Source: Chthoniobacteraceae bacterium
Lineage (GTDB): Bacteria; Verrucomicrobiota; Verrucomicrobiia; Chthoniobacterales; Chthoniobacteraceae
Assembly: GCA_031409335.1 (NCBI GenBank)
Contig: JANNWY010000002.1
Location: forward strand, 1-64,000
Direction of reading: 5' to 3'
DNA length: 64,000 bases
Part shown: positions 19,470 through 28,012 of the stretch, one piece after another
How the letters are laid out: the number at the start of each line of letters is the position of its first letter
Position numbering within the stretch: position 1 is the first letter of the stretch
Position numbers and translations under genes: made by a program
The notes under the pieces: model-generated
What the model saw: the letters and a program-made list of their open reading frames with translations, nothing else
The model's database searches: none
What the model was told of the DNA's origin: nothing

Positions 19470-22400
19470 TTTTTTAGCGATGGAAAGGTGAGCAGCGTCT
19501 TGCCATCCGCTGCGTTCCAAACGCGCAGCACACTGTCTTGTCCGCCTGCGACGATGATCTTCCCATCGGCGCTCACGGCCACGGCGTTCACGAAATCAGC
19601 CACGTCGGGAAAGACGCGGACCTGGCTTCCGTCTGCGGCGAGCAGACGGACTTTGCTGTCGCCCGAACTGCTCACGAGCGCGCCGCCCGCGCCGGTGAAT
19701 TGCACCGAAGTCACCTCTTTTTCATAGCCCTCGATATTCTTCCGGCGCTCGCCCGTCGCGGCGTCCCACAGCTTCACCAGCAAGTCGGCTCCAGCGGTCG
19801 CGAGAGTGCGGCCATCGGGGCTCCAACTCAACGCGAGCACATGCTGCGTATGGCCCTCGAAAGTCCGCGCGAGTTTGCCAGTCGCGAGATCGGTGACGCG
19901 CGCCATCTTGTCCGCGGCGGCGCTGGCGAGAAAATTTCCATCCGGCGAAAAATCGAGGCCGAGCACGACGTCGCTGTGGATATTCGGAATGTCGCGCGCC
20001 AGTTCGCCGGTCGCGGCGTTCCAGAGCTTGATCTCGCCGCCGCGCGATGGTTCGCCGCCGCCGGTCGCGAGCAGCCTGCCATCGGCGCTGAAAGCGAGCG
20101 CACACACGCGATCCGTGAACGGCGACTTGGCGTCGCCAGTGCCGATCGTGCGTTCGAGTTTCCACGCCGGATTCGCGTCCCACACCACGACGCCGCGATC
20201 TTGCGCCGCCGAAACGAGATCGCCGCCGGGCGCAAACGCGAGCGCCGTCACGTTGCCCTTGTGTCCCACGAGCACCTCGAACGCCGCGCCGTTGTTCGCG
20301 TTCCACGTGTGGACGAGTTGATCGTCGCCGGTTGTCGCGACGGTGAGATTGTCGGGCGAAAACGCGATGGCGCGCAGCGGCTTCTCGGCGTCCGTCACGG
20401 CTTTCCGCGCGGCTTGCAAATCGGCGTCAGCTTTCACGCGCGCCGCCTCTGCGGTATCGATGGCGGCCTTCGCTTCGTTCAGCGCCGCGGTGAACTTCTC
20501 CGCCTGCGATTTGGAAAGTGTGATCTCCGTGTCCGCCGCCGCGCGGGTCTGCTCGGCGCGCTTCACGGCGGCTTCCGATTCCGTGAGTTTCTTCGTTGCG
20601 GGTTCGATTTTGTTGGCGGCGGGCTTGCGCTGCGCAGTCTGCTGATCGAGCGCAGTCTTCGCTTTCGCCGATTCCTGCGCCTTTGCCGCAGCCTCGGCGT
20701 TGGCTTTGTCGATCGCCGGCTGGTCCTGCGGAGTGTTCGTCTTCGCCGCCTCGGCGTCGGTCTTCGCCTGCTGCGCGATTTTCTCAGCCGCTTCAAAACC
20801 CTCGGTCGCCTTCTTGATCTCCGCCTCGACTGCCGCGAGGGCCGCGTCCGTCGCGGCCTTCGCATCCTTCGCTTCGGCAAGCGCCTTTTGTTTCGCCTCA
20901 AGTTCCTGCTGTTTCACGGGCACCGCAGCCTCCGCCTTCTTCACTGCCTCGTTCGCTGCGGTGAGCGATTTCTCCGCATTTCCCGCGGCCTCCTTGCGGT
21001 GGGCGACGGTCCCGGTAGCGATCTGCAAGCCACGGTCGCGCGCATCCGCGATCTCCGCGGCGAGCCGGTTGCCTTTCATCTCCGCGAGTGGCTTGCCAGC
21101 CGCATCCCAGAGCTTCGCGAGGTTGTTCGCGCCAGCCGAGGCGAACGCCTTTCCATCCCCGCGAATCGCCAACGCACTCACCGGGCCGGCGTGATTCATC
21201 TGCACGGTTGCCTGCGCTTTTTCGACATCCCACGCGCGCACCGTGCCGTCCGCGCCACCTGATAAAAGCAGGCCCTCGCGCGCGGCGAGCGCGGTGACGG
21301 CACCGTTGTGACCGGGGAACTCCTTGACCGGCGCGAGCGCATCGCTCCACACGCGGATCACGCCATCGGCACCCGCGGACGCGAGCTTGTCCATCAACCA
21401 CACGACCGCATTCACTTCCGCGGGCGTTTCGACTCGCACGGGTTCCTGGCCAATGGCCCAGACCGTGATCGACTTGTCCGCCGACGCGCACGCGATCCTC
21501 GCGTTGTCGGGCGAAAACGAGAGCGCCGTGACTGCGCCATTCGTGGCGCGAAAATTCAGCGCCACTTTCCCACCGGGAAATTCGCAGACTTTGACGTTCC
21601 CATCGTCGCCTCCTGTCACGAGCCACTTGCCATCAGGGCTCACGGCGATGCGCGTGCCGGCGTCGGGGATGGCAAGCTTTTGCACGTCCCGCGCACGACG
21701 CCAGAGCTTCACCTCGCGATAGCCCGCGGATGCGAGTTGCGTGCCGTCGGGGCTGAAGGCGAGCGCGTTCACCTGATCGCGGTGCCCGTTGTCGGTCGCG
21801 AGTTCGCGGCCCGAGGGCAGATGGTAAATCGAAATCCGATTCGCGCGGGCGCAGGCCGCGAACTGTCCGTTCGGCGTGATCGCCGCGGCGAAGATGGCGC
21901 GCAGCGTTCCCGGCACATCCTGCCACGCGATCACGCGCTCCACTTTCGGCGAAGGCTTCGCGCCCTGGTCGATCCAGAGCTTGAGCAGCGCGAGTTGTTC
22001 CGGCGTGAGGTCGTGGGCCTTCGCCTTGTTATCGCGCGGCGGCATCTTGAGATCTTCGTCGAGATGCGCGGCTGCTTGCAGCGCGAGGCTGTCCGCGCCT
22101 TTTCCCGCCACGATTGCCGGGCCGCTGTCGCCGCCTTTGAGCATCATTTCCGGTGTCTCCAGATTCAGGCCGCCCTTCGTCGTGGTCTGGCAGTGACACG
22201 CGAGGCAGTTGTCCCGCATGAACGGCATCAGCTCGCGCTCGAAATCCACGGGCGTCGCGCGTTCGAGCGGCACGATGGGAATCGGCGCTGCGATTGCCGT
22301 TCCAACGGCGGCAAGGATGGCAAACAGCGCGACGGATACGGATGCGATCCGAAAGCACCAAAGGTGCGACAACATCCCAGCCCAGGGCAACGCCCTGGGT

Positions 22401-22684
22401 ACGAATGAAAAGAGCGGCAAGCCCTGAAGGGGCGACACAACCGGAGCATTATGTTGTCCCGCCCCTTCAGGGCTGATTCCAATCTGGAGGCGTTGACCCA
22501 CGGCGTTGCCCTGGGCTGGTTTGTTTGCGGGCCTTTGGCCCTCAGCGCCGCCTTTCGCGCCTTGGCAATCCAGTTCGTCAGCGAGCCGTTGGCGGTCAAC
22601 GTTGCCCGCTGGTCGTTGATCTTCGATTGCGCGCCTCATTCCTTTCGCGTCCTTTCGCGTATTTCGCGGGTTCCTCGTTTTCAT
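19466..22684 (-). CDS. Planctomycete-type cytochrome c domain + WD40 repeat protein with central coiled coil
   Basis: CLACH heme motif, MPP..., WIDQGA, many WD40 repeats (LAFSPDG, VKLWD). Start placed at the ATGA overlap; alternative start at 22375. Confidence 0.85.
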   Translation of the reverse strand: MKTRNPRNTRKDAKGMRRAIEDQRPAGNVDRQRLADELDCQGAKGGAEGQRPANKPAQGNAVGQRLQIGISPEGAGQHNAPVVSPLQGLPLFSFVPRALPWAGMLSHLWCFRIASVSVALFAILAAVGTAIAAPIPIVPLERATPVDFERELMPFMRDNCLACHCQTTTKGGLNLETPEMMLKGGDSGPAIVAGKGADSLALQAAAHLDEDLKMPPRDNKAKAHDLTPEQLALLKLWIDQGAKPSPKVERVIAWQDVPGTLRAIFAAAITPNGQFAACARANRISIYHLPSGRELATDNGHRDQVNALAFSPDGTQLASAGYREVKLWRRARDVQKLAIPDAGTRIAVSPDGKWLVTGGDDGNVKVCEFPGGKVALNFRATNGAVTALSFSPDNARIACASADKSITVWAIGQEPVRVETPAEVNAVVWLMDKLASAGADGVIRVWSDALAPVKEFPGHNGAVTALAAREGLLLSGGADGTVRAWDVEKAQATVQMNHAGPVSALAIRGDGKAFASAGANNLAKLWDAAGKPLAEMKGNRLAAEIADARDRGLQIATGTVAHRKEAAGNAEKSLTAANEAVKKAEAAVPVKQQELEAKQKALAEAKDAKAATDAALAAVEAEIKKATEGFEAAEKIAQQAKTDAEAAKTNTPQDQPAIDKANAEAAAKAQESAKAKTALDQQTAQRKPAANKIEPATKKLTESEAAVKRAEQTRAAADTEITLSKSQAEKFTAALNEAKAAIDTAEAARVKADADLQAARKAVTDAEKPLRAIAFSPDNLTVATTGDDQLVHTWNANNGAAFEVLVGHKGNVTALAFAPGGDLVSAAQDRGVVVWDANPAWKLERTIGTGDAKSPFTDRVCALAFSADGRLLATGGGEPSRGGEIKLWNAATGELARDIPNIHSDVVLGLDFSPDGNFLASAAADKMARVTDLATGKLARTFEGHTQHVLALSWSPDGRTLATAGADLLVKLWDAATGERRKNIEGYEKEVTSVQFTGAGGALVSSSGDSKVRLLAADGSQVRVFPDVADFVNAVAVSADGKIIVAGGQDSVLRVWNAADGKTLLTFPSLKK
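22354..22542. repeat. Nested palindromic element in the 5' region of the WD40/cytochrome c ORF
   Basis: CCAGCCCAGGGCAACGCC (22377-22394) pairs with GGCGTTGCCCTGGGCTGG (22502-22519); AGCCCTGAAGGGGCG (22420-22434) pairs with CGCCCCTTCAGGGCT (22460-22474). Confidence 0.85.
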
Positions 22685-25071
22685 TTCACGCTGATGCGGA
22701 TGGGCGCGGAGAAAACGGTGATCGTCCGTTCCTTGTCGCGGAATTTTCCTTTGGTCTGCGCGCGAAAATGGATCGTGTGATTGCCAACGGGAATCTTCAC
22801 CGCGGCAAGGTCGATGCTGGCGGTCGCGGTCGGTGTCTTCCCGTCCACGTCGATTTCCTTGAGCCCTTCGATGGCCGGCGCGTTGAACGCTTTCAATTTC
22901 AACGCCTCGTCGTATCCGCCGCGGCGCGTGATCTTCAACGGAATCTCCAACTTCGCGCCCGCCGCGGCCTCCCACACTTTGTCCTCCGCGGCCGCGACGG
23001 AAATCGGCACGGCCTCGACGCCGCTGATCGCCAACGGAAACTCGTGCGAAAGCCGCGCGGTGACGCGCTCGTTGTCATAGTTCGGCACATTCCAACTGAC
23101 GCCGGCTGCGCGCGCGTCCCGGGCAATTTCGCCCTCGCCAACCTTTGCGCGGCCCACGATGCGGATCGGACCCATCCAGCGCGCGGCTTGATCCCCGGCA
23201 GTCAATAAGAGGAGCGCATCGTTTTTTCCGGCGAGGATTTTCGTTGCCACGCAGGCGACCCCCTCCGGCAGCGCTTCGCCGCTCAATTCGATCTCGCCCG
23301 CGAAGCCATCGCGCCGAAACGCCACGACGCGCACCGGCAGCGTCTCGCCGCCGCGCAGAAAGGCAGCGCTCGCAATCGCCGCGCGGTCGTCATCTTTTTT
23401 CGGCGGAAGCTCGATCATCGCAGCAAGGCGAAAGTCCGGCGCTTCCTTGTGAATCGAAAGCCGGTAAAGGCAGCGCGGATCGGTGCGCGTGTTTCCGAAA
23501 AGATCGCGCACTTGCACGCGATACACGCCGTCCTCCTTCACTTCCAGTCGCGTCGCCGGATCATTCGTGATCGTGTTGAAACGCGGGCCGCCGACGTTGG
23601 CATCCGTGCCGTAAACCTCCTGCGCGTCCGCGCCTTCGCGCTGCACGAGTAGGAAGGGATTCGTTGGTAGCCCGAGGCGTTGCGAGAAGACTTCGATCCA
23701 AAAGATGTCGCCTTTTTTTGCTTCGAAGGTGAACGCGTCTACGTCGCCGGCTGGAAAAAACTGACCCGCGATCTCACACGGCACCGCGACCTTCTGCGCC
23801 TCGGCAGCCTTGTTGTTCGGCTCCTGCTCGACGATCAGCGGCGCGCTCGCGAGGCTGATGAATACAGGATTCGCCGCGCCTTGCGGCGATGGGAGGCGAT
23901 AGGAAAACCCATCCAACGCCGCCGATCCGGGCACGGAGATTCCGGCGACGCCCGGCTGTGGCGCAGCGGGCACGTCGATCTCGACGTCGAGTTTTTCGAG
24001 AGGCTTGCCATCGAATGCCGTGAGGTTCGCTGGCGCGCCGCCGGGCAAGGCGCGTCCGAAGATCGTGAACTTCGATTTTGTCCCGGCGACTCCAACGGGC
24101 GGAAAGATGAAATCGACATGCGGCGCGGTGGTGAGCGCGAGGCGGTAGAAAAAGGACTCCGCTCCGCCTGCGTAGGTGAGGTCGTTGATCCGCACGAGAT
24201 ACGTTCCATCGGCCGGCGCGGTGAAATCGACGAACCCACCGTTGCGGCTCGCCGCGAGCTCGCGACCGCTTGCATCCGAGACCGCGACCACGGGACTCAT
24301 CTTCGAGTCGATCTCCCGCGTGGCGCATTCGAGAAAGAAGCGCTGGCTCTGCTTCGCGTTGAATTTCAGGAATTCCGAATTCGCGGGATTCACGAAACCG
24401 TTGAACACGCTGCCGGGCTGGATCTCCGTGGCCGTCTCGGATGTTTGGTTGGCGGAATTATCGACGGCCTCGGGCAGATCGCCGACGACAAACGTGCGCG
24501 GATTCGACACGCCGGATTTGCCGACGATGCGCACATCGTAGCGTCCCACGGGCACGTCGGGCGCAATCTTGACGGTAAATTGCTTTTCGGCTTTCGGCGT
24601 CGCACTGATGCCGGGATGGGAAAAGAGCAGCGCATTCGCCTCGTCGAGTTCTGCGCCGGTGATCGTGACCGCGACTTCCGTCCCGCTTTTCCCACCCGGC
24701 GGCATGACGGTGGTGAGCGAAATAACCGGCAATTCACCAAATGCCGTCGCGGCAACGAGAAGCGCAATCATCAGCCCGAAGGGCTGGCGGAAATTAGCCG
24801 GTGGCGACAGCCACCGGATCAAGGATGAAACGAATCCGCCCCGGCAGGGGCGATGGAAGCATGTGTGTGCGCGGCGTTCCGCCGCCCCTGCCGGGGCGGG
24901 CCCGTTCTGCCGTGGAGTCCGGTGGTTCTCGCTCGCTGCGTTCGCTTCACCACCGGCTAATTCCTGGAAGCCCTCCGGGCTTGGCGGAACGAGTGTTCCG
25001 GTGTTGGGAGCGTGGCCCGCGATCGACCGCAAGCTCAGATACCGCGCAAACGGGCTAGGCGTTGCGGTCAT
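22681..25071 (-). CDS. PPC (pre-peptidase C-terminal) / Ig-like domain protein
   Basis: PPGGKSGTEV, GVSNPRTFVVG, EQEPNN, D-x-D-x-F-x-F-x-AKKG, YRL-x-I motifs typical of PVC PPC-domain proteins. Alternative start at 24771. Confidence 0.8.
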   Translation of the reverse strand: MTATPSPFARYLSLRSIAGHAPNTGTLVPPSPEGFQELAGGEANAASENHRTPRQNGPAPAGAAERRAHTCFHRPCRGGFVSSLIRWLSPPANFRQPFGLMIALLVAATAFGELPVISLTTVMPPGGKSGTEVAVTITGAELDEANALLFSHPGISATPKAEKQFTVKIAPDVPVGRYDVRIVGKSGVSNPRTFVVGDLPEAVDNSANQTSETATEIQPGSVFNGFVNPANSEFLKFNAKQSQRFFLECATREIDSKMSPVVAVSDASGRELAASRNGGFVDFTAPADGTYLVRINDLTYAGGAESFFYRLALTTAPHVDFIFPPVGVAGTKSKFTIFGRALPGGAPANLTAFDGKPLEKLDVEIDVPAAPQPGVAGISVPGSAALDGFSYRLPSPQGAANPVFISLASAPLIVEQEPNNKAAEAQKVAVPCEIAGQFFPAGDVDAFTFEAKKGDIFWIEVFSQRLGLPTNPFLLVQREGADAQEVYGTDANVGGPRFNTITNDPATRLEVKEDGVYRVQVRDLFGNTRTDPRCLYRLSIHKEAPDFRLAAMIELPPKKDDDRAAIASAAFLRGGETLPVRVVAFRRDGFAGEIELSGEALPEGVACVATKILAGKNDALLLLTAGDQAARWMGPIRIVGRAKVGEGEIARDARAAGVSWNVPNYDNERVTARLSHEFPLAISGVEAVPISVAAAEDKVWEAAAGAKLEIPLKITRRGGYDEALKLKAFNAPAIEGLKEIDVDGKTPTATASIDLAAVKIPVGNHTIHFRAQTKGKFRDKERTITVFSAPIRISVK
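24773..24981. repeat. Nested palindromic element in the 5' region of the PPC-domain ORF
   Basis: AATTAGCCGGTGG (24792-24804) pairs with CCACCGGCTAATT (24950-24962); CCGCCCCGGCAGGGGCG (24836-24852) pairs with CGCCCCTGCCGGGGCGG (24883-24899); terminal AGCCCGAAGGGCT / AGCCCTCCGGGCT. Confidence 0.85.
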
Positions 25072-25511
25072 TGGGTTGGGAAGATGATGCCTGATTGGAG
25101 GCGACTGACGAAAGTGTGCCAGTCGAAATCGCAGGCATCGAGAATAGCTCGGTCACGGGATTGGGACTTGAACCGCTCGCACCAGGATGATGGTCCGATG
25201 CGCTGTTCAGTGAACCACCGAATAGCCTCAGCGTAGTCCTCGCCAAACTCGTCGCGGCTGCCCCGGATGGACTCGTGAAAGCCGTGGCCAAGTTCGTGCG
25301 CTACGGCACCCGGCTCGCAGCCGCGGTAAATGGTAATGTCGCCGCGTTGGTCGTCCAATGCTCGCCAACAAGCGCCGCCCTCGGCTGGAGAAAAGTGGAA
25401 GCGGTGGACTGTTTTGTAGCGGAATCCAGCAGTTCGGAGTTCTTCGAGTAGGGCGATGGCTCCGAAATTGTATCGGACGTAGCCATCAAGTTGTTCGAGC
25501 GACCATGCCAT
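25068..25511 (-). CDS. Hypothetical HExxH (zincin-like) protein
   Basis: VAHELGHGFHE...FGEDYAE; lower GC than flanking genes; stop overlaps the next ATG. Confidence 0.65.
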   Translation of the reverse strand: MAWSLEQLDGYVRYNFGAIALLEELRTAGFRYKTVHRFHFSPAEGGACWRALDDQRGDITIYRGCEPGAVAHELGHGFHESIRGSRDEFGEDYAEAIRWFTEQRIGPSSWCERFKSQSRDRAILDACDFDWHTFVSRLQSGIIFPTQ

Positions 25512-25564
25512 GTCTTCAGGTGTGCTTCTTAGCGTTCATTCCAGAGAAGTTCCGCGTTCCACGC

Positions 25565-28012
25565 TCAGTGGTTGAACAGGAACTCCTTGCTGCTAACGAG
25601 CGCCCACACGAGGTCTTCATACGCTTGGCGGATGGCGACGGGTTTCTTTGCGGCGTCGGGCTCCTGCGCTGCTTTTTTCGCGATGTGTTGTTTGCAGAAG
25701 TCGAGTTCGTCGGCGGCGGGTTCGCGGGAGTAGGCGGCGGCGTAGAGGTCGCGGAGCTTGTCGTCGTCGCTGCGTTTGTCGTCGGCTGCGAGGAGCGCTG
25801 GGCGTCCGGTGGGCGCGGCGAGTTTGTCCTGGATGTCTTTGGAATTCAGCAGGTGCAGGGACTGCGCGAGGCTGGCTTCCTGCGTGCGCTCGCATTCGCA
25901 GGCGCTGGAGGATTCGGGGCGTCCGAAGACGGTGAGGAAATACGAGCCGGCGTTGAAGCTGTTGTCCGGCAGCGCGACGGCGCGGGTGCCGGCGGGCATT
26001 CCGGCGAAGGCGCTTTGCGCGCCGGTGAGCTGATTCACGGAATCGAAGAGCACCTCGGCGTTGAGCCGCTTTGGATAATAGCGCGAGAAATTCTGCCGGT
26101 CGGATTTGTTGAAGTCGTTCGGCAGCGCGCTGAGCTGGTAGGTGCGCGATTGCACGATGTCGCGGATGAGCGCCTTCATGTCGTAGCGCGTCTCGACGAA
26201 GCGGCGGGCGAGCGCGTCGAGCAGGTCGGGGTTCGACGCCGGATTCGTTTCGCGCATGTCGTCCTCGGGCTCGACGAGGCCGCGGTTGAAGAAGTGTTTC
26301 CAATAACGATTCGCGAGCGAGCGGGCGAAGAATGCGTTGTCCGTGCGCGTCATCCAGTCGGCGAGCGCGAGGCGCGGATCGTCGTCGGGCGCGATGTCCA
26401 CGACGGCAGCGCCGAGGCCGGCGGGCTTCACGGGCTGCTTCGTCTTTTTATCCACCGCCGCCGCCACGCCACGGCGCGGGAAAAGCGTGTCGGTGCCTTT
26501 GCGCCCGACCTGCGAGAAGAACGCGGCGAAGCTGTAGTAGTCGCGCTGGCTCCACTTCTCGAACGGATGATGATGGCACTGCGCGCACTGCAAACGCATC
26601 CCGAGGAAAAGCTGCGCGGTGTCTTCGAGCTGCTGCTGCGGCTCCTTCACCTGGCGATACCACGCCACCGGCGGATTCTCCGCGATGTCGCCCGACGCCG
26701 CGACGATCTCGCGCGCGAATTGATCGAACGGTTTGTTCGCCATCAGGCTGTCGCGAATCCATCCGTGAAACGCGAACGTGCCGCGCGCGTCCTTGGCCTC
26801 GACGCGTTTGTTGCGCAGCAGCGCGCTCCATTTGTTCGCGAAATAATCCGCGTATTCCGGGCTCGCGAGCAGCGTCTCGATCAGCTTGTCGCGCTTGGCG
26901 GGATCGGTGTCGGCGAGAAACTTTCGCGTCTCTTCAATCGACGGAAGCTTGCCCGCGATGTCGATGCTCACGCGGCGGAGAAAGGTCGCGTCATCGCACG
27001 GCGCGGACGGCGGCATGCCCATCGTCTTGAGTTTCGCGAAGACGAGTTCGTCGATGAAATTGCGCGGCGCGGGCAGATTCTCGACGGGCGCGCCGAGCGG
27101 TGCGGTCGCGCGGAAGACGGCGACTTTTCCCTGATACCGGACCATCACGCCGACATCGCCGGGCTGATCGAAAAGCGTGACGCGACCGTCTTCCTCGACC
27201 TTGCCCATGCTCTTGTCGTTCGGCTCGTAGAGCGCGCTGCGCGTCACGTCCTGCACGGTGTCGTCGGTGTAGCGCGCGAGCACGACGAGTTGCTGCTCGC
27301 TGCCGAGCGCCATCGTGCGCTGCTTCGGCAAAACTTCGACGCGCTCGACTTTCGGATCGGTGTCCGCGCCGTAGGGCATGCCTTGCGAAATCCAGCGCGC
27401 GATGAGGCGGTAGTCGTCGGACGCGGGGTCGAGGCGCTTGCCGCCGCCGTGCGGGACGACGCCGATCGCCTTGAGCAGCAGCAGGCTGTTGTCCGGCGCG
27501 GAGGGGAAGACGCGGCGGCCGCGCGCTTCCTTTACGATGTGCTCGTAATCTTCCTGCGGCTCGAAGCCGAGCAATGAGAGGCGGAATCCGTTTTGCCCGC
27601 TCGACTTGCCGTGGCAGCCGCCGGAGTTGCAGGTGGCTTTGGTGAAAATGGGGACGACCTGGTTGAAGAAATTCACCGGCGGATTGCTCGCGGCGTTTTC
27701 CACTTTCACTTCGAGCGTCGCGGCGACGCCATCCGCGGTCGCGGTGATCGTCGCCGTGCCATCGGCGACGGGCGAGACGAGGCCGTGCGCGTCCACGTTC
27801 ACGATGCCCGCCGGCGCGGCTGAGTAGCTGGCCTTGTGGGTAAAGTCGCGCTCCGCGTTCGTGTCGAGTTTGCCGGTCACGAGCAGTTGCTGGCGCGCGT
27901 CCTTTCCGCGCAGCGTGAGCGCCGGAGTGCCGGTCGCGTCGATCTGCAAGGTGGCGAGCTTTTCCGCGTGAGCGGTGGTGACGAGCGCGAGGATGAGGAG
28001 CCAGTGCTTCAT
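25565..28012 (-). CDS. DUF1549/DUF1553 domain protein with Ig-like domains
   Basis: Signal peptide, CNSGGCHG, FRLSLLGF, CAQCHHHPFEKW, CECER, WALVSSKEFLFNH. Confidence 0.9.
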   Translation of the reverse strand: MKHWLLILALVTTAHAEKLATLQIDATGTPALTLRGKDARQQLLVTGKLDTNAERDFTHKASYSAAPAGIVNVDAHGLVSPVADGTATITATADGVAATLEVKVENAASNPPVNFFNQVVPIFTKATCNSGGCHGKSSGQNGFRLSLLGFEPQEDYEHIVKEARGRRVFPSAPDNSLLLLKAIGVVPHGGGKRLDPASDDYRLIARWISQGMPYGADTDPKVERVEVLPKQRTMALGSEQQLVVLARYTDDTVQDVTRSALYEPNDKSMGKVEEDGRVTLFDQPGDVGVMVRYQGKVAVFRATAPLGAPVENLPAPRNFIDELVFAKLKTMGMPPSAPCDDATFLRRVSIDIAGKLPSIEETRKFLADTDPAKRDKLIETLLASPEYADYFANKWSALLRNKRVEAKDARGTFAFHGWIRDSLMANKPFDQFAREIVAASGDIAENPPVAWYRQVKEPQQQLEDTAQLFLGMRLQCAQCHHHPFEKWSQRDYYSFAAFFSQVGRKGTDTLFPRRGVAAAVDKKTKQPVKPAGLGAAVVDIAPDDDPRLALADWMTRTDNAFFARSLANRYWKHFFNRGLVEPEDDMRETNPASNPDLLDALARRFVETRYDMKALIRDIVQSRTYQLSALPNDFNKSDRQNFSRYYPKRLNAEVLFDSVNQLTGAQSAFAGMPAGTRAVALPDNSFNAGSYFLTVFGRPESSSACECERTQEASLAQSLHLLNSKDIQDKLAAPTGRPALLAADDKRSDDDKLRDLYAAAYSREPAADELDFCKQHIAKKAAQEPDAAKKPVAIRQAYEDLVWALVSSKEFLFNH

